Of a stretch of DNA of 64,000 nucleotides, positions 48,450 to 58,498 are shown one piece after another. Below the pieces are notes generated by a model. The model saw only the letters and a program-made list of their open reading frames with translations, was not told the origin of the DNA and ran no database searches. The position numbers were made by a program, and so were the translations under genes. Within the stretch, counting starts at the first letter, position 1. The number at the start of each line of letters is the position of its first letter. The stretch comes from an uncultured Ignavibacteriaceae bacterium (GTDB lineage: Bacteria > Bacteroidota > Ignavibacteria > UBA10030). The stretch spans positions 30,439 to 94,438 of the forward strand of contig CAZRPU010000003.1 in the NCBI GenBank assembly GCA_964602055.1. The letters run 5' to 3'.

Positions 48450-48953
48450 CTAGTTTTGAAACATTTCTTGTAAGGAAATCCCCCGCCTTTGTGCAGCAGT
48501 GCGGGCATCGGAGAGGGACAAAAGAGCCGCCATGGTGGCTTTCACGACGTTATGTGGATTGGCCGATCCCATTTGTTTCGTCAAGACATCCCTGACGCCG
48601 GCCGACTCGAGAACCGCACGAACGCCTCCGCCTGCAATGCATCCGGTTCCAGGCGAAGCCGGCTTGAGAAGAACCTTTCCCGCCCCGAATTTTCCAATGA
48701 CTTCATGGGGGATGGTACCACGAATGACCGGAACTGTGACAACGCTCTTCTTTGCATCTTCAACACCTTTTGCGATCGCATCTGCGACTTCATTGGCTTT
48801 TCCGAGGCCTACGCCCACATGGCCGTTTCCATCACCAACCACCACAATCGCATTGAAACTGAATCTGCGTCCTCCCTTAACGACTTTTGCGACCCGATTG
48901 ATGTGGACAAGGCGTTCTTTCAGCTCAAATTCGCCTGCTTTGAATTTTGACAT
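48450..48953 (-). CDS. rpsE: 30S ribosomal protein S5
   Basis: ...[41 protein letters not shown]... Confidence 0.96.
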   Translation of the reverse strand: MSKFKAGEFELKERLVHINRVAKVVKGGRRFSFNAIVVVGDGNGHVGVGLGKANEVADAIAKGVEDAKKSVVTVPVIRGTIPHEVIGKFGAGKVLLKPASPGTGCIAGGGVRAVLESAGVRDVLTKQMGSANPHNVVKATMAALLSLSDARTAAQRRGISLQEMFQN

Positions 48954-48973
48954 AGCGATCCGATTGGTTGAAG

Positions 48974-49342
48974 TTAGAATTTCAGACCGGCTTCCCGGGC
49001 ACCGTCTGCAACAGCCTTGATGCGGCCGTGAAACAGGAATCCGTTCCGATCAAAAACAACATTCGTGATTTTCTTTTCCAGGGCAAGTTTCGCAGCGGCC
49101 TTCCCCACCAGCTTGCAAACGTCCTTCTCTCCGGCAGCCGCCTTAACCTGTTCTTTCAATTCCTTTGACACTGATGAAGCCGCTACCAGCGTTTTCCCGC
49201 TGGTATCATCGATAATCTGGGCATAGATGTGCTTTGCACTTCGGAAAACCGTCAATCGCGGCCGTTCCGCGGTGCCGAAGATCTTTTTGCGCACTCTCCC
49301 CTTCTTCCTTGCGCGGCGTTCTATTGTGTTTTTGAGAATCAT
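48974..49342 (-). CDS. rplR: 50S ribosomal protein L18
   Basis: ...[20 protein letters not shown]...[26 protein letters not shown]. Confidence 0.96.
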   Translation of the reverse strand: MILKNTIERRARKKGRVRKKIFGTAERPRLTVFRSAKHIYAQIIDDTSGKTLVAASSVSKELKEQVKAAAGEKDVCKLVGKAAAKLALEKKITNVVFDRNGFLFHGRIKAVADGAREAGLKF

Positions 49343-49366
49343 GAGTTCATCCTTCTTTCAGCTTGA

Positions 49367-49915
49367 TTACTTCGCTGCTGCTGCAGCCGCCTTTCCTGCT
49401 TTGCGGCGGATATACTCCCCTTCATACTTCACACCTTTTCCCTTGTAGGGCTCGGGGGGACGGAACGAACGAATCTTCGAAGCAACGAGTCCAACCAGTT
49501 GTTTGTCGATGCCGCTGATAACAATGTTCGTTTGCGTTGGCGTCTCAATCTTCACGGAATCGGGAGCGCCAAAGAGGATCGGATGAGAATAACCGAGCAA
49601 CAGATGGAGCTTCTTTCCCTTCATCTCTGCGCGATAGCCTACCCCTACGATTTCGAGCTTCTTGGAATACCCTGTCGTGACGCCTTTGATCATGTTCTGC
49701 ACCAAGGCCCTCCACAACCCATGCAACGCTTTGTTCGCCTTTTCATCGTTCTTGCGGGCAAAGGAGACATGATTGTCCTTGATCTCAACGTTGATATTCG
49801 GATGAACCTCTGCCGAAAGTTCCCCTTTGGGGCCTTTGACGCTGATGACGTTCTTGTTCAAGGTTACGGTGACGCCATTGATAATCTGTATGGGTTTACG
49901 ACCTACTCGAGACAC
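49367..49915 (-). CDS. rplF: 50S ribosomal protein L6
   Basis: MSRVGRKPIQIINGVTVTL...LEIVGVGYRAE... Confidence 0.96.
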   Translation of the reverse strand: MSRVGRKPIQIINGVTVTLNKNVISVKGPKGELSAEVHPNINVEIKDNHVSFARKNDEKANKALHGLWRALVQNMIKGVTTGYSKKLEIVGVGYRAEMKGKKLHLLLGYSHPILFGAPDSVKIETPTQTNIVISGIDKQLVGLVASKIRSFRPPEPYKGKGVKYEGEYIRRKAGKAAAAAAK

Positions 49916-49935
49916 GATTTTCTCCCTTTGTCATT

Positions 49936-50328
49936 CTACCAGACATATGCGAGGATTTCGCCGCCAATGTTCTTCTTCTTGGCCTGAGCATCCGTCATGA
50001 CTCCCTGCGATGTCGAGACGATAGCGATGCCCATTCCTCCGATCACGCGTGGAAGCTGATCTTTCCCGCGGTATTGACGGATACCGGGGCGGCTTACGCG
50101 CCTTAATCCGCTGATGACAGGTTTGCCGTCATTGTATTTCAGATTGATTCTCAGGACGCCCTGTTTTCCATCTTCCAGAAAAGCAAAATTTGAAATGAAT
50201 TTCTGATCGAGGAGAATCTGCGCAATGGACTTCTTGAGATTGGAAGCCGGGATGTCCACCCTGCGATGTTTCGCCTTGACGGCGTTACGAACGCGAGTGA
50301 GAAAATCTGCAATTGGATCAGTTACCAT
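49936..50328 (-). CDS. rpsH: 30S ribosomal protein S8
   Basis: ATG 50328 gives [16 protein letters not shown].... The ORF-track extension to 50412 overlaps rpsN. ATG 50337 is an alternative start. Confidence 0.94.
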   Translation of the reverse strand: MVTDPIADFLTRVRNAVKAKHRRVDIPASNLKKSIAQILLDQKFISNFAFLEDGKQGVLRINLKYNDGKPVISGLRRVSRPGIRQYRGKDQLPRVIGGMGIAIVSTSQGVMTDAQAKKKNIGGEILAYVW

Positions 50329-50365
50329 CGAAACCATTCTCCTCTTGAAAATGATGAAGACATTC

Positions 50366-50551
50366 TTACCAGCTGGCCTTCCGCAAACCGGGGACTTTCC
50401 CCTCGAGTGCAAGGTTGCGGAGGCAAATGCGGCAAATGCCGAATTTCCGGTAATATGCCCTCGGTCTGCCGCAGATGTTACACCGATGGTGTTGACGAAC
50501 CTTATACTTGGGCGTTCTCTTCGCCTTAACGATCATCGCTAAACGTGCCAA
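50366..50551 (-). CDS. rpsN: 30S ribosomal protein S14, short Zn-ribbon (type Z) form
   Basis: 61 aa. ...[39 protein letters not shown]. Confidence 0.95.
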   Translation of the reverse strand: MARLAMIVKAKRTPKYKVRQHHRCNICGRPRAYYRKFGICRICLRNLALEGKVPGLRKASW

Positions 50552-50569
50552 AAAAGTCCTCCTGTGTCC

Positions 50570-51226
50570 TTATGCCGTAGCTGCGGGAGTTTGAAGAATT
50601 TCCTGTCGCTTCACAAACGGCAGGCCCAGCGCTTTCAGGAGCTCGTATGCCTCCTGATCGGTTTTCGCTGTCGTCACAAACGTAATATCCATGCCGGTAA
50701 TTCGTGAAACCTTGTCGACATCGATCTCGGGGAAGATGATCTGCTCTTTCACTCCGATTGTGTAGTTCCCGTGACCGTCGAATGACTTGTCCGAAACGCC
50801 TCGAAAGTCGCGGACCCTTGGAAGGGCTACGCTGATAAAACGGTCAAGGAACTCATACATCATGGCCTTTCTCAGGGTCACGCGGCAGCCTATGGGAATG
50901 CCCTCGCGGAGTTTGAAGTTCGAAATTGCCTTCTTCGCCTTTGTCACGGCGACTTTTTGCCCTGTAATTGCTTCAAGCTCCTTCACCGCTATATCGAGCA
51001 ATTTGGCATCCTGCGTTGCTTGTCCGACACCGATATTGATCGAGATTTTTTCGAGCCGGGGAACCTGCATTGAGCTCTTGTATTCGAAGCGCTTCATCAG
51101 CTGGCCAACGACTTCCTTCTTATAATAGAGTCCCAACCTCGGTGGCGCTCCTTTTTCCTGAGCAGCCCCCTTGGGCGCCGGCGCCGGCTGAGTTTTTTCG
51201 CTTTTTGGAGCTTTTTCTTTTGCCAT
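50570..51226 (-). CDS. rplE: 50S ribosomal protein L5 (with ~30-aa Lys/Ala/Pro-rich N-terminal extension)
   Basis: ATG 51226 gives [31 protein letters not shown].... The core is ...[18 protein letters not shown]... Confidence 0.94.
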   Translation of the reverse strand: MAKEKAPKSEKTQPAPAPKGAAQEKGAPPRLGLYYKKEVVGQLMKRFEYKSSMQVPRLEKISINIGVGQATQDAKLLDIAVKELEAITGQKVAVTKAKKAISNFKLREGIPIGCRVTLRKAMMYEFLDRFISVALPRVRDFRGVSDKSFDGHGNYTIGVKEQIIFPEIDVDKVSRITGMDITFVTTAKTDQEAYELLKALGLPFVKRQEILQTPAATA

Positions 51227-51237
51227 GACTCTTTCCC

Positions 51238-51561
51238 TTAAAACATCTCTTGACAATGTCTGCACACACGCATCTTCTTTTCCTTGCCGCTTGTTGCGTC
51301 CGTGACGTGTTTATGCCCGATTCTTGTCGGTTTGCCGCATTTGGGGCAAATCACCATCACGTTGGACAAATGGATCGGCGCCTCCTTCTGGACAATTCCC
51401 GCCTGCGGATTTTTTTGCGACGGACGGGAGTGCCGTTTCACAATGTTGACGCCTTCAATGATCAGACGGTTCTTTTCGGGAAAAATCTTGAGAACTTTCC
51501 CCTGCTTTCCGACTGAATTTCCGGAGACGACGGTCACAGTGTCATTTTTTCGAACGTTCAT
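51238..51561 (-). CDS. rplX: 50S ribosomal protein L24 (C-terminal CxxC...CxxC)
   Basis: ATG 51561 gives [27 protein letters not shown]..., preceded by GAGGA. The C-terminus is ...[15 protein letters not shown]...[10 protein letters not shown]. Confidence 0.94.
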   Translation of the reverse strand: MNVRKNDTVTVVSGNSVGKQGKVLKIFPEKNRLIIEGVNIVKRHSRPSQKNPQAGIVQKEAPIHLSNVMVICPKCGKPTRIGHKHVTDATSGKEKKMRVCRHCQEMF

Positions 51562-51571
51562 AGCATCCTCG

Positions 51572-51940
51572 TTATAGAACTTCCGGAGCAAGGGAGATAA
51601 TCTTCATGAACTGACGCTCACGAAGCTCACGTGCCACGGGACCAAAAATTCTTGTACCGCGCGGTTCGCCCTGGGGATTGAGAAGGACCGCAGCGTTTTC
51701 ATCAAAACGAATGAATGAGCCGTCTTTTCTCTGGACCTCTTTCTTGGTCCGGACAACAACCGCGCGTGAAACGTCGCCCTTTTTGACCGGCGCTCCAGGT
51801 ATCGCGCTTTTGACCGAAACGACAATCAGATCACCCAGCGAGGCGTAACGCTTGTCGTGGCCGCCGAGAACCCTGATGCAGCGGATTTTCTTTGCCCCGG
51901 AATTATCTGCCACCACGAGATTCGTTTCTTCCTGAATCAT
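51572..51940 (-). CDS. rplN: 50S ribosomal protein L14
   Basis: [27 protein letters not shown]... Confidence 0.97.
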   Translation of the reverse strand: MIQEETNLVVADNSGAKKIRCIRVLGGHDKRYASLGDLIVVSVKSAIPGAPVKKGDVSRAVVVRTKKEVQRKDGSFIRFDENAAVLLNPQGEPRGTRIFGPVARELRERQFMKIISLAPEVL

Positions 51941-51960
51941 ACTGGACTCCTTGTCACCGA

Positions 51961-52236
51961 CTATTTCGCTTTTTCGACGACTTCAATCAGGCGCCATCGC
52001 TTTTGTTTGCTCATCGGACGAGTTTCCATCACCCGGACGATGTCACCGATCGCCGCTTGCTGCTTCTCATCATGGGCCATCAGCGTGGAAGTGCGGCGGA
52101 AATACTTCTTGTAAATCGGATGAGGGACTTTCCGTTCGATCGAGACAACAATGCTCTTTTGCATCTTGTTGCTGACGACTTTCCCTATCCTGATCTTTCG
52201 CCGGCCGCGCTCTTGTGTTGGGGTTTCCGTTGTCAT
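51961..52236 (-). CDS. rpsQ: 30S ribosomal protein S17
   Basis: ...[35 protein letters not shown]...; the ATG overlaps the rpmC stop (ATGA). Confidence 0.95.
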   Translation of the reverse strand: MTTETPTQERGRRKIRIGKVVSNKMQKSIVVSIERKVPHPIYKKYFRRTSTLMAHDEKQQAAIGDIVRVMETRPMSKQKRWRLIEVVEKAK

Positions 52237-52469
52237 GACTGTGCCTTTGCTGCAACGTGTTGATCGGAAGAACTCGAAGCCTTGATCGAACGCTCCCTGA
52301 GGATGGTTTTCATCCTGGCAATATCGCGCCTTGCATGGCGGAATTTCATAGGATTTTCAACCTGACTGAGCGCCTTTTGGAAATTCAGGTTGGCGAGGTT
52401 TTCCTCTTCGTCCTGAATCCTTTTTTTCAGCTCTTCGTCCGACAGCTGCCGTAATTCATGAGCCTTCAT
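52233..52469 (-). CDS. rpmC: 50S ribosomal protein L29
   Basis: [31 protein letters not shown]... Confidence 0.94.
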   Translation of the reverse strand: MKAHELRQLSDEELKKRIQDEEENLANLNFQKALSQVENPMKFRHARRDIARMKTILRERSIKASSSSDQHVAAKAQS

Positions 52470-52472
52470 GGG

Positions 52473-52892
52473 TTATCCTTCGTAATCCACGCGAGTAACA
52501 AACTTTGTGCGAATGGGAAGCTTGTGTGCCGCCAGCCGAAGGGCCTCCTCCGCTACGTTCTTGGTAACGCCACCGAGCTCAAAGAGCACGCGGCCGGGCT
52601 TGACCACCGCGACCCAGAACTCCGGAATCCCTTTCCCGGAACCCATTCTCGTCTCAGCAGGCTTCTTCGTAACGGGCTTATCGGGAAAAATCCTGATCCA
52701 CACTTTCCCTTCACGCTTCATCATTCTTGTCAGGGCAACACGGGATGCCTCAATCTGCCTTTGGGTAATCCACCCCGGTTGCATGGCTTTTAGTCCGAAG
52801 TCGCCAAACGACACCATGGCTCCGCGCGTTGCTTTGCCGGACATCCGTCCTCGCTGGGCCTTGCGAAACTTCACTCTTTTGGGCATCAACAT
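52473..52892 (-). CDS. rplP: 50S ribosomal protein L16
   Basis: [24 protein letters not shown]... Confidence 0.97.
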   Translation of the reverse strand: MLMPKRVKFRKAQRGRMSGKATRGAMVSFGDFGLKAMQPGWITQRQIEASRVALTRMMKREGKVWIRIFPDKPVTKKPAETRMGSGKGIPEFWVAVVKPGRVLFELGGVTKNVAEEALRLAAHKLPIRTKFVTRVDYEG

Positions 52893-52907
52893 TGCGTACG
52901 AACTCCT

Positions 52908-53546
52908 TTATGCTCGACTTGGTCCGAGAATCTCACCCTTACAAATCCACACCTTCACCCCAATGGCTCCATAGATCGTGCGACTCGTTGCGGTCGCATA
53001 ATCAATGTCGGCGCGGATGGTCTGGAGGGGAATCCTTCCCTCTTTATACTGCTCCGAACGTGCAATGTCTGAACCGCCCAACCGGCCTCCGCACATCACA
53101 CGAACTCCTTCGGCTCCCATGCGCATGGCGGCTGTAATCGCCTGTTTCATCGCCCGTCGAAAGGAGATTCTTCCTTCAAGCTGACCGGCGATGGTCTCGG
53201 CCACCAGGTAGGCGTCAAGCTCGGGTCTTTTAATCTCGTTAATCAGAATCTTGACTTCTTTCGAAGTAATCTTCTTCAGTTCCTCTTCCAGCTGAGCAAT
53301 TTCCTTGCCGCTCTTTCCGATAACGATACCGGGACGAGAAGTGTGGATAGTGATGACCGCTCGCTTTGCGGTCCGGTCAATCTGAATCCGCGAGATCCCA
53401 GCTTTCTTCAGTCTGTTCCGGACATAGTTCCGGACCATGAGATCTTCCTGAAGCTTATCCTTAAATCCCCGTTCATCGTACCAGTTTGAATCCCAGGAAC
53501 GAGTGACTCCGAGACGGAATCCGACCGGATTAGTTTTTTGACCCAA
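52908..53546 (-). CDS. rpsC: 30S ribosomal protein S3
   Basis: [23 protein letters not shown]... Confidence 0.97.
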   Translation of the reverse strand: MGQKTNPVGFRLGVTRSWDSNWYDERGFKDKLQEDLMVRNYVRNRLKKAGISRIQIDRTAKRAVITIHTSRPGIVIGKSGKEIAQLEEELKKITSKEVKILINEIKRPELDAYLVAETIAGQLEGRISFRRAMKQAITAAMRMGAEGVRVMCGGRLGGSDIARSEQYKEGRIPLQTIRADIDYATATSRTIYGAIGVKVWICKGEILGPSRA

Positions 53547-53561
53547 GAGATCCTCCGATTC

Positions 53562-54044
53562 TTAGCGCTTTTTCGACTTCTTCTCTACTGCGGCTGTTTT
53601 CTTCTTTGCTTTCGCCCTGGGCGCCTTCACGGCTGTTGGTTGCTTCTCAACGGCTTGTGCTTCGGCCTTTGGCTGAGCGGCAACGACCGCCGCTTTCTTC
53701 TGCTCACGCTGCGCAACGATAATCGTCAAATGGTTCGAACGTTTCCTAATGCGATAAGCACGCCCCATGGGTGCCGGGCTGATACGCTTTGCCACCGGGC
53801 CGCCGTCGACAAAAACGGCCTTGACAAAGAGGGTGGCCGTATCCACGCGTCCAGACTCGTCCTTGTTCTGGTAATTCGAAATCGCCGAACGCAGAACTTG
53901 CTCCGCCGTCTTGGCAGCATGCTTCGGAGAAAAATGAAGGATGTTCAAAGCTTCTTCCACTCCGCGGCCCCTGATAAGATCAATAACGAGGCGCATTTTC
54001 CGGGGAGACGATCCGATATATCTGTTAATGGCACGTGCTTCCAT
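53562..54044 (-). CDS. rplV: 50S ribosomal protein L22 (with Lys/Ala-rich C-terminal extension)
   Basis: ATG 54044 gives MEARAINRYIGSSPRKMRLVIDLIRG.... The tail is ...KKAAVVAAQPKAEAQAVEKQPTAVKAPRAKAKKKTAAVEKKSKKR. Confidence 0.94.
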   Translation of the reverse strand: MEARAINRYIGSSPRKMRLVIDLIRGRGVEEALNILHFSPKHAAKTAEQVLRSAISNYQNKDESGRVDTATLFVKAVFVDGGPVAKRISPAPMGRAYRIRKRSNHLTIIVAQREQKKAAVVAAQPKAEAQAVEKQPTAVKAPRAKAKKKTAAVEKKSKKR

Positions 54045-54064
54045 AACGGTTCTCAAATTTCCTT

Positions 54065-54352
54065 TTACGCGGGGGTTGTGGTCTTTTCTGACTTAATACC
54101 CGGATGACCACGAAAGATTCTCGTGGGGGCAAACTCTCCCAGCTTATGGCCTACCATCGCTTCAGTGATGTACACGGGGATGAACTTGTTGCCATTGTGA
54201 ACGGCAAACGTGTGCCCCACGAATTCCGGAAGGATTGTGCAATCGCGCGCCCATGTCTTCAGGACTTTTTTCTGATTCGACTTGTTCAAGGCCTCCACTT
54301 TCGCGGAGAGCTTGTCGTCGATATAAGGACCTTTTTTTAGTGACCGGCTCAT
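54065..54352 (-). CDS. rpsS: 30S ribosomal protein S19
   Basis: [15 protein letters not shown]...[32 protein letters not shown]. Confidence 0.97.
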   Translation of the reverse strand: MSRSLKKGPYIDDKLSAKVEALNKSNQKKVLKTWARDCTILPEFVGHTFAVHNGNKFIPVYITEAMVGHKLGEFAPTRIFRGHPGIKSEKTTTPA

Positions 54353-54363
54353 AGACTCAATCG

Positions 54364-55197
54364 TTATTTGCGACGTTTGACAATCAGTTTATTGGACAAC
54401 AACCTTCTTCTCCGTGTTTTCAATCCTTTGGCATATTGGCCCCAGGGAGACTCAGGGTGCTGCCATCCTCCGCCGGATTTCGAACGGCCTTCTCCGCCGC
54501 CCATCGGGTGATCGACGGGATTCATTGCCATTCCCCGTGTTTGGGGCCGAATCCCGAGCCAGCGAAACCTGCCCGCTTTGCCATAGCTGATATTCTCATG
54601 ATCCGCATTACCGACCGACCCAATCGTCGCATAACATTCGGCTCGTACGCGACGGACTTCTCCTGAGGGAAGTTTCAATGTTGCGTACTCCCCCTCTTTT
54701 GCCATCAGCTGGAGGGCGTTTCCTGCGCTCCGGCCAAGCTGTCCCCCTTTTCCCTTGCGTAATTCGACACACTGGACAAATGTACCTACCGGCACGTTGC
54801 TCAGGGGCATCGCATTGCCCGTGATGACTTCTGCATTCGGACCGGAGACAATCGTCGATCCGACTTTCAATCCATCGGGGGCCAGGACATAACGTTTCTC
54901 TCCGTCTTTGTACTGGATCAGCGCAATTCGAGCAGAGCGATTCGGGTCGTATTCGATGGCAATTACTTTGGCATCAATACCATGCTTCTCGCGCTTGAAA
55001 TCGATCACACGGTACATGCGCTTGTGTCCACCCCCACGATGGCGCGACGTAACGCGCCCACCGTTGTTTCTTCCACCCGATTTTTTCAGCGGCTCCAACA
55101 ACGCTTTCTCCGGCTTCGTTTTTGTAACTTCCTCGAAGGTGGAAACCGAATACCATCGGGTTCCGGGGGTCATTGGACGTAGTTTTCGAATTGCCAT
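54364..55197 (-). CDS. rplB: 50S ribosomal protein L2
   Basis: [14 protein letters not shown]...[19 protein letters not shown]...[14 protein letters not shown]. Confidence 0.97.
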   Translation of the reverse strand: MAIRKLRPMTPGTRWYSVSTFEEVTKTKPEKALLEPLKKSGGRNNGGRVTSRHRGGGHKRMYRVIDFKREKHGIDAKVIAIEYDPNRSARIALIQYKDGEKRYVLAPDGLKVGSTIVSGPNAEVITGNAMPLSNVPVGTFVQCVELRKGKGGQLGRSAGNALQLMAKEGEYATLKLPSGEVRRVRAECYATIGSVGNADHENISYGKAGRFRWLGIRPQTRGMAMNPVDHPMGGGEGRSKSGGGWQHPESPWGQYAKGLKTRRRRLLSNKLIVKRRK

Positions 55198-55216
55198 AAT
55201 GTTCTCGTTGCCTCAG

Positions 55217-55507
55217 TTACACGTTCTCGAGGTAATCGATCTTGTCGCCCTCTTTCAACGTCACCATAGCCTTTTTCCATTCCCGTGTACGACCTGAAAA
55301 ACGACCTCGCCGCGTCATCTGCGTCTTGTTTTTCCCCTTCACGCGGACAGTCCTGACGCTCAGCACCGTGACATGGAACTTCTTCTCGACTGCATTCGCA
55401 ATTGCAACTTTGTTTGCCGACTCTTCAACTTCGAAAGCATATTGCCTTCGGTCCTGAAGGGCAGTAATCTTTTCCGTTAATATCGGGCGCTTGATAATTC
55501 CGACCAT
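55217..55507 (-). CDS. rplW: 50S ribosomal protein L23
   Basis: ...IKRPILTEKITALQD..QYAFEV...KGKNK...KKAMVTLKEGDKID. Confidence 0.94.
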   Translation of the reverse strand: MVGIIKRPILTEKITALQDRRQYAFEVEESANKVAIANAVEKKFHVTVLSVRTVRVKGKNKTQMTRRGRFSGRTREWKKAMVTLKEGDKIDYLENV

Positions 55508-55517
55508 GATTGAACCC

Positions 55518-56147
55518 TCAGTTCTTCAGCGAGTTTTGGAGAGCTGACAACGCGCTCTTTTGAATCAGCAAGACATTGCTGTTGACGATTTCGTACGTCG
55601 ATGCGGTCACGGCATCGCGAATATTCAAGGTTGGGATGTTGCGCCCCGACTTCAAAACAGATTCATTCTTTCCCGCTGTCAGCAGCAGCGTCTTCTTCTT
55701 CCCGAGAGCAAAAGCCTTCAGAAGACCTGCCATCTCCTTCGTTTTTACCGTATCGAACGAGAAGTCTTCGACTACCGTTATCGCTGCATCCTTCGCCTTG
55801 TATGAGAGGGCGGATTTCCGGGCAAGCTTCCGGAGCTTTGCAGAGACCTTGACTACATAGTCGTGCGGCGTCGGCCCAAAAATGGAACCACCACCGACCC
55901 AAAGAGGGGAACGACTTGTTCCGGCCCTTGCACGTCCCGTTTTTTTCTGACGGAATGGCTTTTTTCCGCCTCCGCGCACTTCATTACGCGGTTTCACTTT
56001 GTGCGTGCCCTGCCTCTGGTTCGCCATCAGTGATCGCACCGACATATAGATTGCGTGATCACTCGGCTGGATCTCGAAGATTGCCGGATCAAGAGTGATT
56101 TTTTCGCCCGACGGAGACCCGTCCTTTTTGTATAATTCCACTTGCAT
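55518..56147 (-). CDS. rplD: 50S ribosomal protein L4
   Basis: ATG 56147 gives MQVELYKKDGSPSGEKITLDPAIF... and ...RGGGKKPFRQKKTGRARAGTSRSPLWVGGG. SD GAAGGAAG. The ORF-track extension to 56258 overlaps rplC. Confidence 0.95.
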   Translation of the reverse strand: MQVELYKKDGSPSGEKITLDPAIFEIQPSDHAIYMSVRSLMANQRQGTHKVKPRNEVRGGGKKPFRQKKTGRARAGTSRSPLWVGGGSIFGPTPHDYVVKVSAKLRKLARKSALSYKAKDAAITVVEDFSFDTVKTKEMAGLLKAFALGKKKTLLLTAGKNESVLKSGRNIPTLNIRDAVTASTYEIVNSNVLLIQKSALSALQNSLKN

Positions 56148-56172
56148 GGTGCGACTTCCTTCGGCTTGGACT

Positions 56173-56799
56173 TCAGCCTTCCTTGACAATTTCGAGATAA
56201 CCGTTGATCGCTCCCGGCACCGAGCCCTTGACGATGATGAGGTTCGATTCGGGTACAACTTTGAGAACCCTCAGATTTCGGACTGTCACTTGTTCAAAGC
56301 CCATTCTTCCGGCCATTCGCATTCCCTTGAAAACCCTTGAAGGATACGAACTCGAGCCAATAGAACCAGGTGCTCGGACACGGTCGGACTGCCCGTGGGT
56401 TGTCATGCCAACACCGCCAAAATGGTGGCGCTTGACAACACCCTGAAAGCCACGACCTTTCGATTTCCCGGTCACACTCACAATATCACCCTGGTGGAAT
56501 TGATCCACGCGAACTTCTTCTCCCTGCTTCAGGGGCTGACCGTTGAAATTCCGGAACTCACGAATGAGATTCATGACCTTCACTTTGGCTTTCGCAAAGT
56601 GGCCCCGTAAGGGTTTGGTGGTCAGGCGTTCTTTCTTCTCATCGAATCCCAGCTGAACGGCGTCATAGCCATCCCGTTCTTTTGTCTTTACCTGGGTGAC
56701 GTAGCACGGACCTGCTTCGATGACAGTGCATGGAACGGCCTGGCCGTTTTCATCGAAAATGCTCGTCATGCCAATTTTTTTTCCAAGAATACCGCTCAC
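56173..56799 (-). CDS. rplC: 50S ribosomal protein L3
   Basis: [32 protein letters not shown]...; GTG start. Confidence 0.96.
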   Translation of the reverse strand: MSGILGKKIGMTSIFDENGQAVPCTVIEAGPCYVTQVKTKERDGYDAVQLGFDEKKERLTTKPLRGHFAKAKVKVMNLIREFRNFNGQPLKQGEEVRVDQFHQGDIVSVTGKSKGRGFQGVVKRHHFGGVGMTTHGQSDRVRAPGSIGSSSYPSRVFKGMRMAGRMGFEQVTVRNLRVLKVVPESNLIIVKGSVPGAINGYLEIVKEG

Positions 56800-56870
56800 G
56801 ATTATGCTCCTTCGTTCCGCTCGATGCGATTCAGAGGGACACGCTTAGAAAAACAGCTTATCAGGACAAC

Positions 56871-57179
56871 CTACACCTTGATTTCCACGTCTACGCCGGC
56901 CGGAAGTTCCAATTTCATCAACGAATCCACCGTCTTGTTGGTGGAATTGAGAATGTCGATCAAACGCTTATGCGAGCGTGTTTCGAATTGCTCACGGGAC
57001 TTTTTGTCGACGTGCGGTGACCTGTTCACGGTGATGACCGTTCGCTTCGTGGGAAGCGGAATCGGACCGGAAACAACGGCACCCGTCGATTTCACCGTCT
57101 TGATGATCTTCTCAGCAGACTTGTCAATCAGGTTGTGATCGTACGATTTCAGTTTGATGCGAATTCTTTGACCAGCCAA
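56871..57179 (-). CDS. rpsJ: 30S ribosomal protein S10
   Basis: ...[39 protein letters not shown]...; TTG start at 57179 preceded by AAGGAG. Confidence 0.96.
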   Translation of the reverse strand: MAGQRIRIKLKSYDHNLIDKSAEKIIKTVKSTGAVVSGPIPLPTKRTVITVNRSPHVDKKSREQFETRSHKRLIDILNSTNKTVDSLMKLELPAGVDVEIKV

Positions 57180-57191
57180 GGATGGCTCCTT

Positions 57192-57233
57192 CTTTAAAAC
57201 AACTGTGGTTCCGATTCAGAGAACCGGAACCAC
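57192..57233 (-). terminator. terminator/attenuator hairpin between tuf and rpsJ
   Basis: Minus strand GTGGTTCCG-(11 nt)-CGGAACCAC (9-bp stem) followed by AGTTGTTTTAAAG. Confidence 0.6.
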
Positions 57234-57240
57234 GGAGGAC

Positions 57241-58452
57241 TTATTCCACGATTTTCGTAACGACTCCTGCTCCCACCGTTCTGCCGCCTTCGCGGACTGC
57301 AAAACGAAGACCCTCTTCCATAGCGATGGGGGTAATGAGATCAACGGACATTGAGTCAACATTGTCGCCGGGCATCACCATCTCAACACCGCTGGGGAGC
57401 TGGACCACACCGGTGACGTCTGTCGTCCGGAAATAGAACTGCGGCCGATATCCATTGAGGAAGGGAGTATGGCGGCCACCCTCTTCCTTTGTCAGGACGT
57501 AGACCTGCGCCGTAAACTTCTTGTGCGGAGTAATCGATCCAGGCTTGGCAATAACCATCCCACGCTCAAGCTCATTCTTTTCCACTCCGCGCAGCAGGAG
57601 TCCCGCGTTGTCTCCAGCCACGACCTCGTCGAGTTCCTTGCGGAACATCTCTGCACCGGTAATGACTGTTTTCTTGTGTTGGCCAAGTCCGATGACCTCC
57701 ACTTCGTCGCTCACCTTTGCGCGACCGCGTTCGACGCGTCCTGTTCCGACTGTTCCGCGACCGGTGATCGAGAAAACGTCTTCGACGGACATCAAGAAGG
57801 GTTTGTCGACATCACGTTGCGGGAGCGGCACATAGGTGTCAACCGCAGCCATCAGCTCATCGATGCATTTGAATGCCGGGTCTTCGGGTTTCGAATCGGC
57901 ACGAAGCGCAGCTTCCATGGCCTTAAGAGCTGATCCACGGACGATGGGAATATCATCACCCGGGAACTCATATTTCTTGAGAAGATCCCGAAGTTCCAGT
58001 TCAACGAGATCGAGGAGCTCTTTGTCATCCACGGCGTCGACCTTGTTCATGAAGACGACGATCTTGGGGACACCCACCTGACGAGCAAGAAGGATATGTT
58101 CGCGCGTTTGCGGCATGGGGCCGTCTGTGGCCGCCACAACCAGAATCGCGCCGTCCATCTGGGCTGCGCCGGTGATCATGTTCTTCACATAGTCAGCATG
58201 ACCCGGGCAATCGACGTGTGCATAATGGCGATTGGCAGTCGAGTATTCCACGTGCGCAGTGGCAATCGTGATCCCACGGGCGCGCTCTTCAGGAGCATTG
58301 TCGATGGAATCAAACGTTCGCACCTGCGAAAGACCCTTCTTCGCAAGAACCATCGTAATCGCTGCGGTCAGCGTTGTTTTCCCGTGATCGACGTGACCGA
58401 TGGTCCAGATGTTGACGTGCGGCTTGCTTCGATCAAATTTTTCTTTTGCCAT
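57241..58452 (-). CDS. tuf: elongation factor Tu
   Basis: 403 aa. [28 protein letters not shown]...DCPGHADY...NKVD.... Confidence 0.97.
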   Translation of the reverse strand: MAKEKFDRSKPHVNIWTIGHVDHGKTTLTAAITMVLAKKGLSQVRTFDSIDNAPEERARGITIATAHVEYSTANRHYAHVDCPGHADYVKNMITGAAQMDGAILVVAATDGPMPQTREHILLARQVGVPKIVVFMNKVDAVDDKELLDLVELELRDLLKKYEFPGDDIPIVRGSALKAMEAALRADSKPEDPAFKCIDELMAAVDTYVPLPQRDVDKPFLMSVEDVFSITGRGTVGTGRVERGRAKVSDEVEVIGLGQHKKTVITGAEMFRKELDEVVAGDNAGLLLRGVEKNELERGMVIAKPGSITPHKKFTAQVYVLTKEEGGRHTPFLNGYRPQFYFRTTDVTGVVQLPSGVEMVMPGDNVDSMSVDLITPIAMEEGLRFAVREGGRTVGAGVVTKIVE

Positions 58453-58498
58453 TGGATGAGTCTCCTTTTATAAACTGGGAACGGAAAATAAGCGAAAC

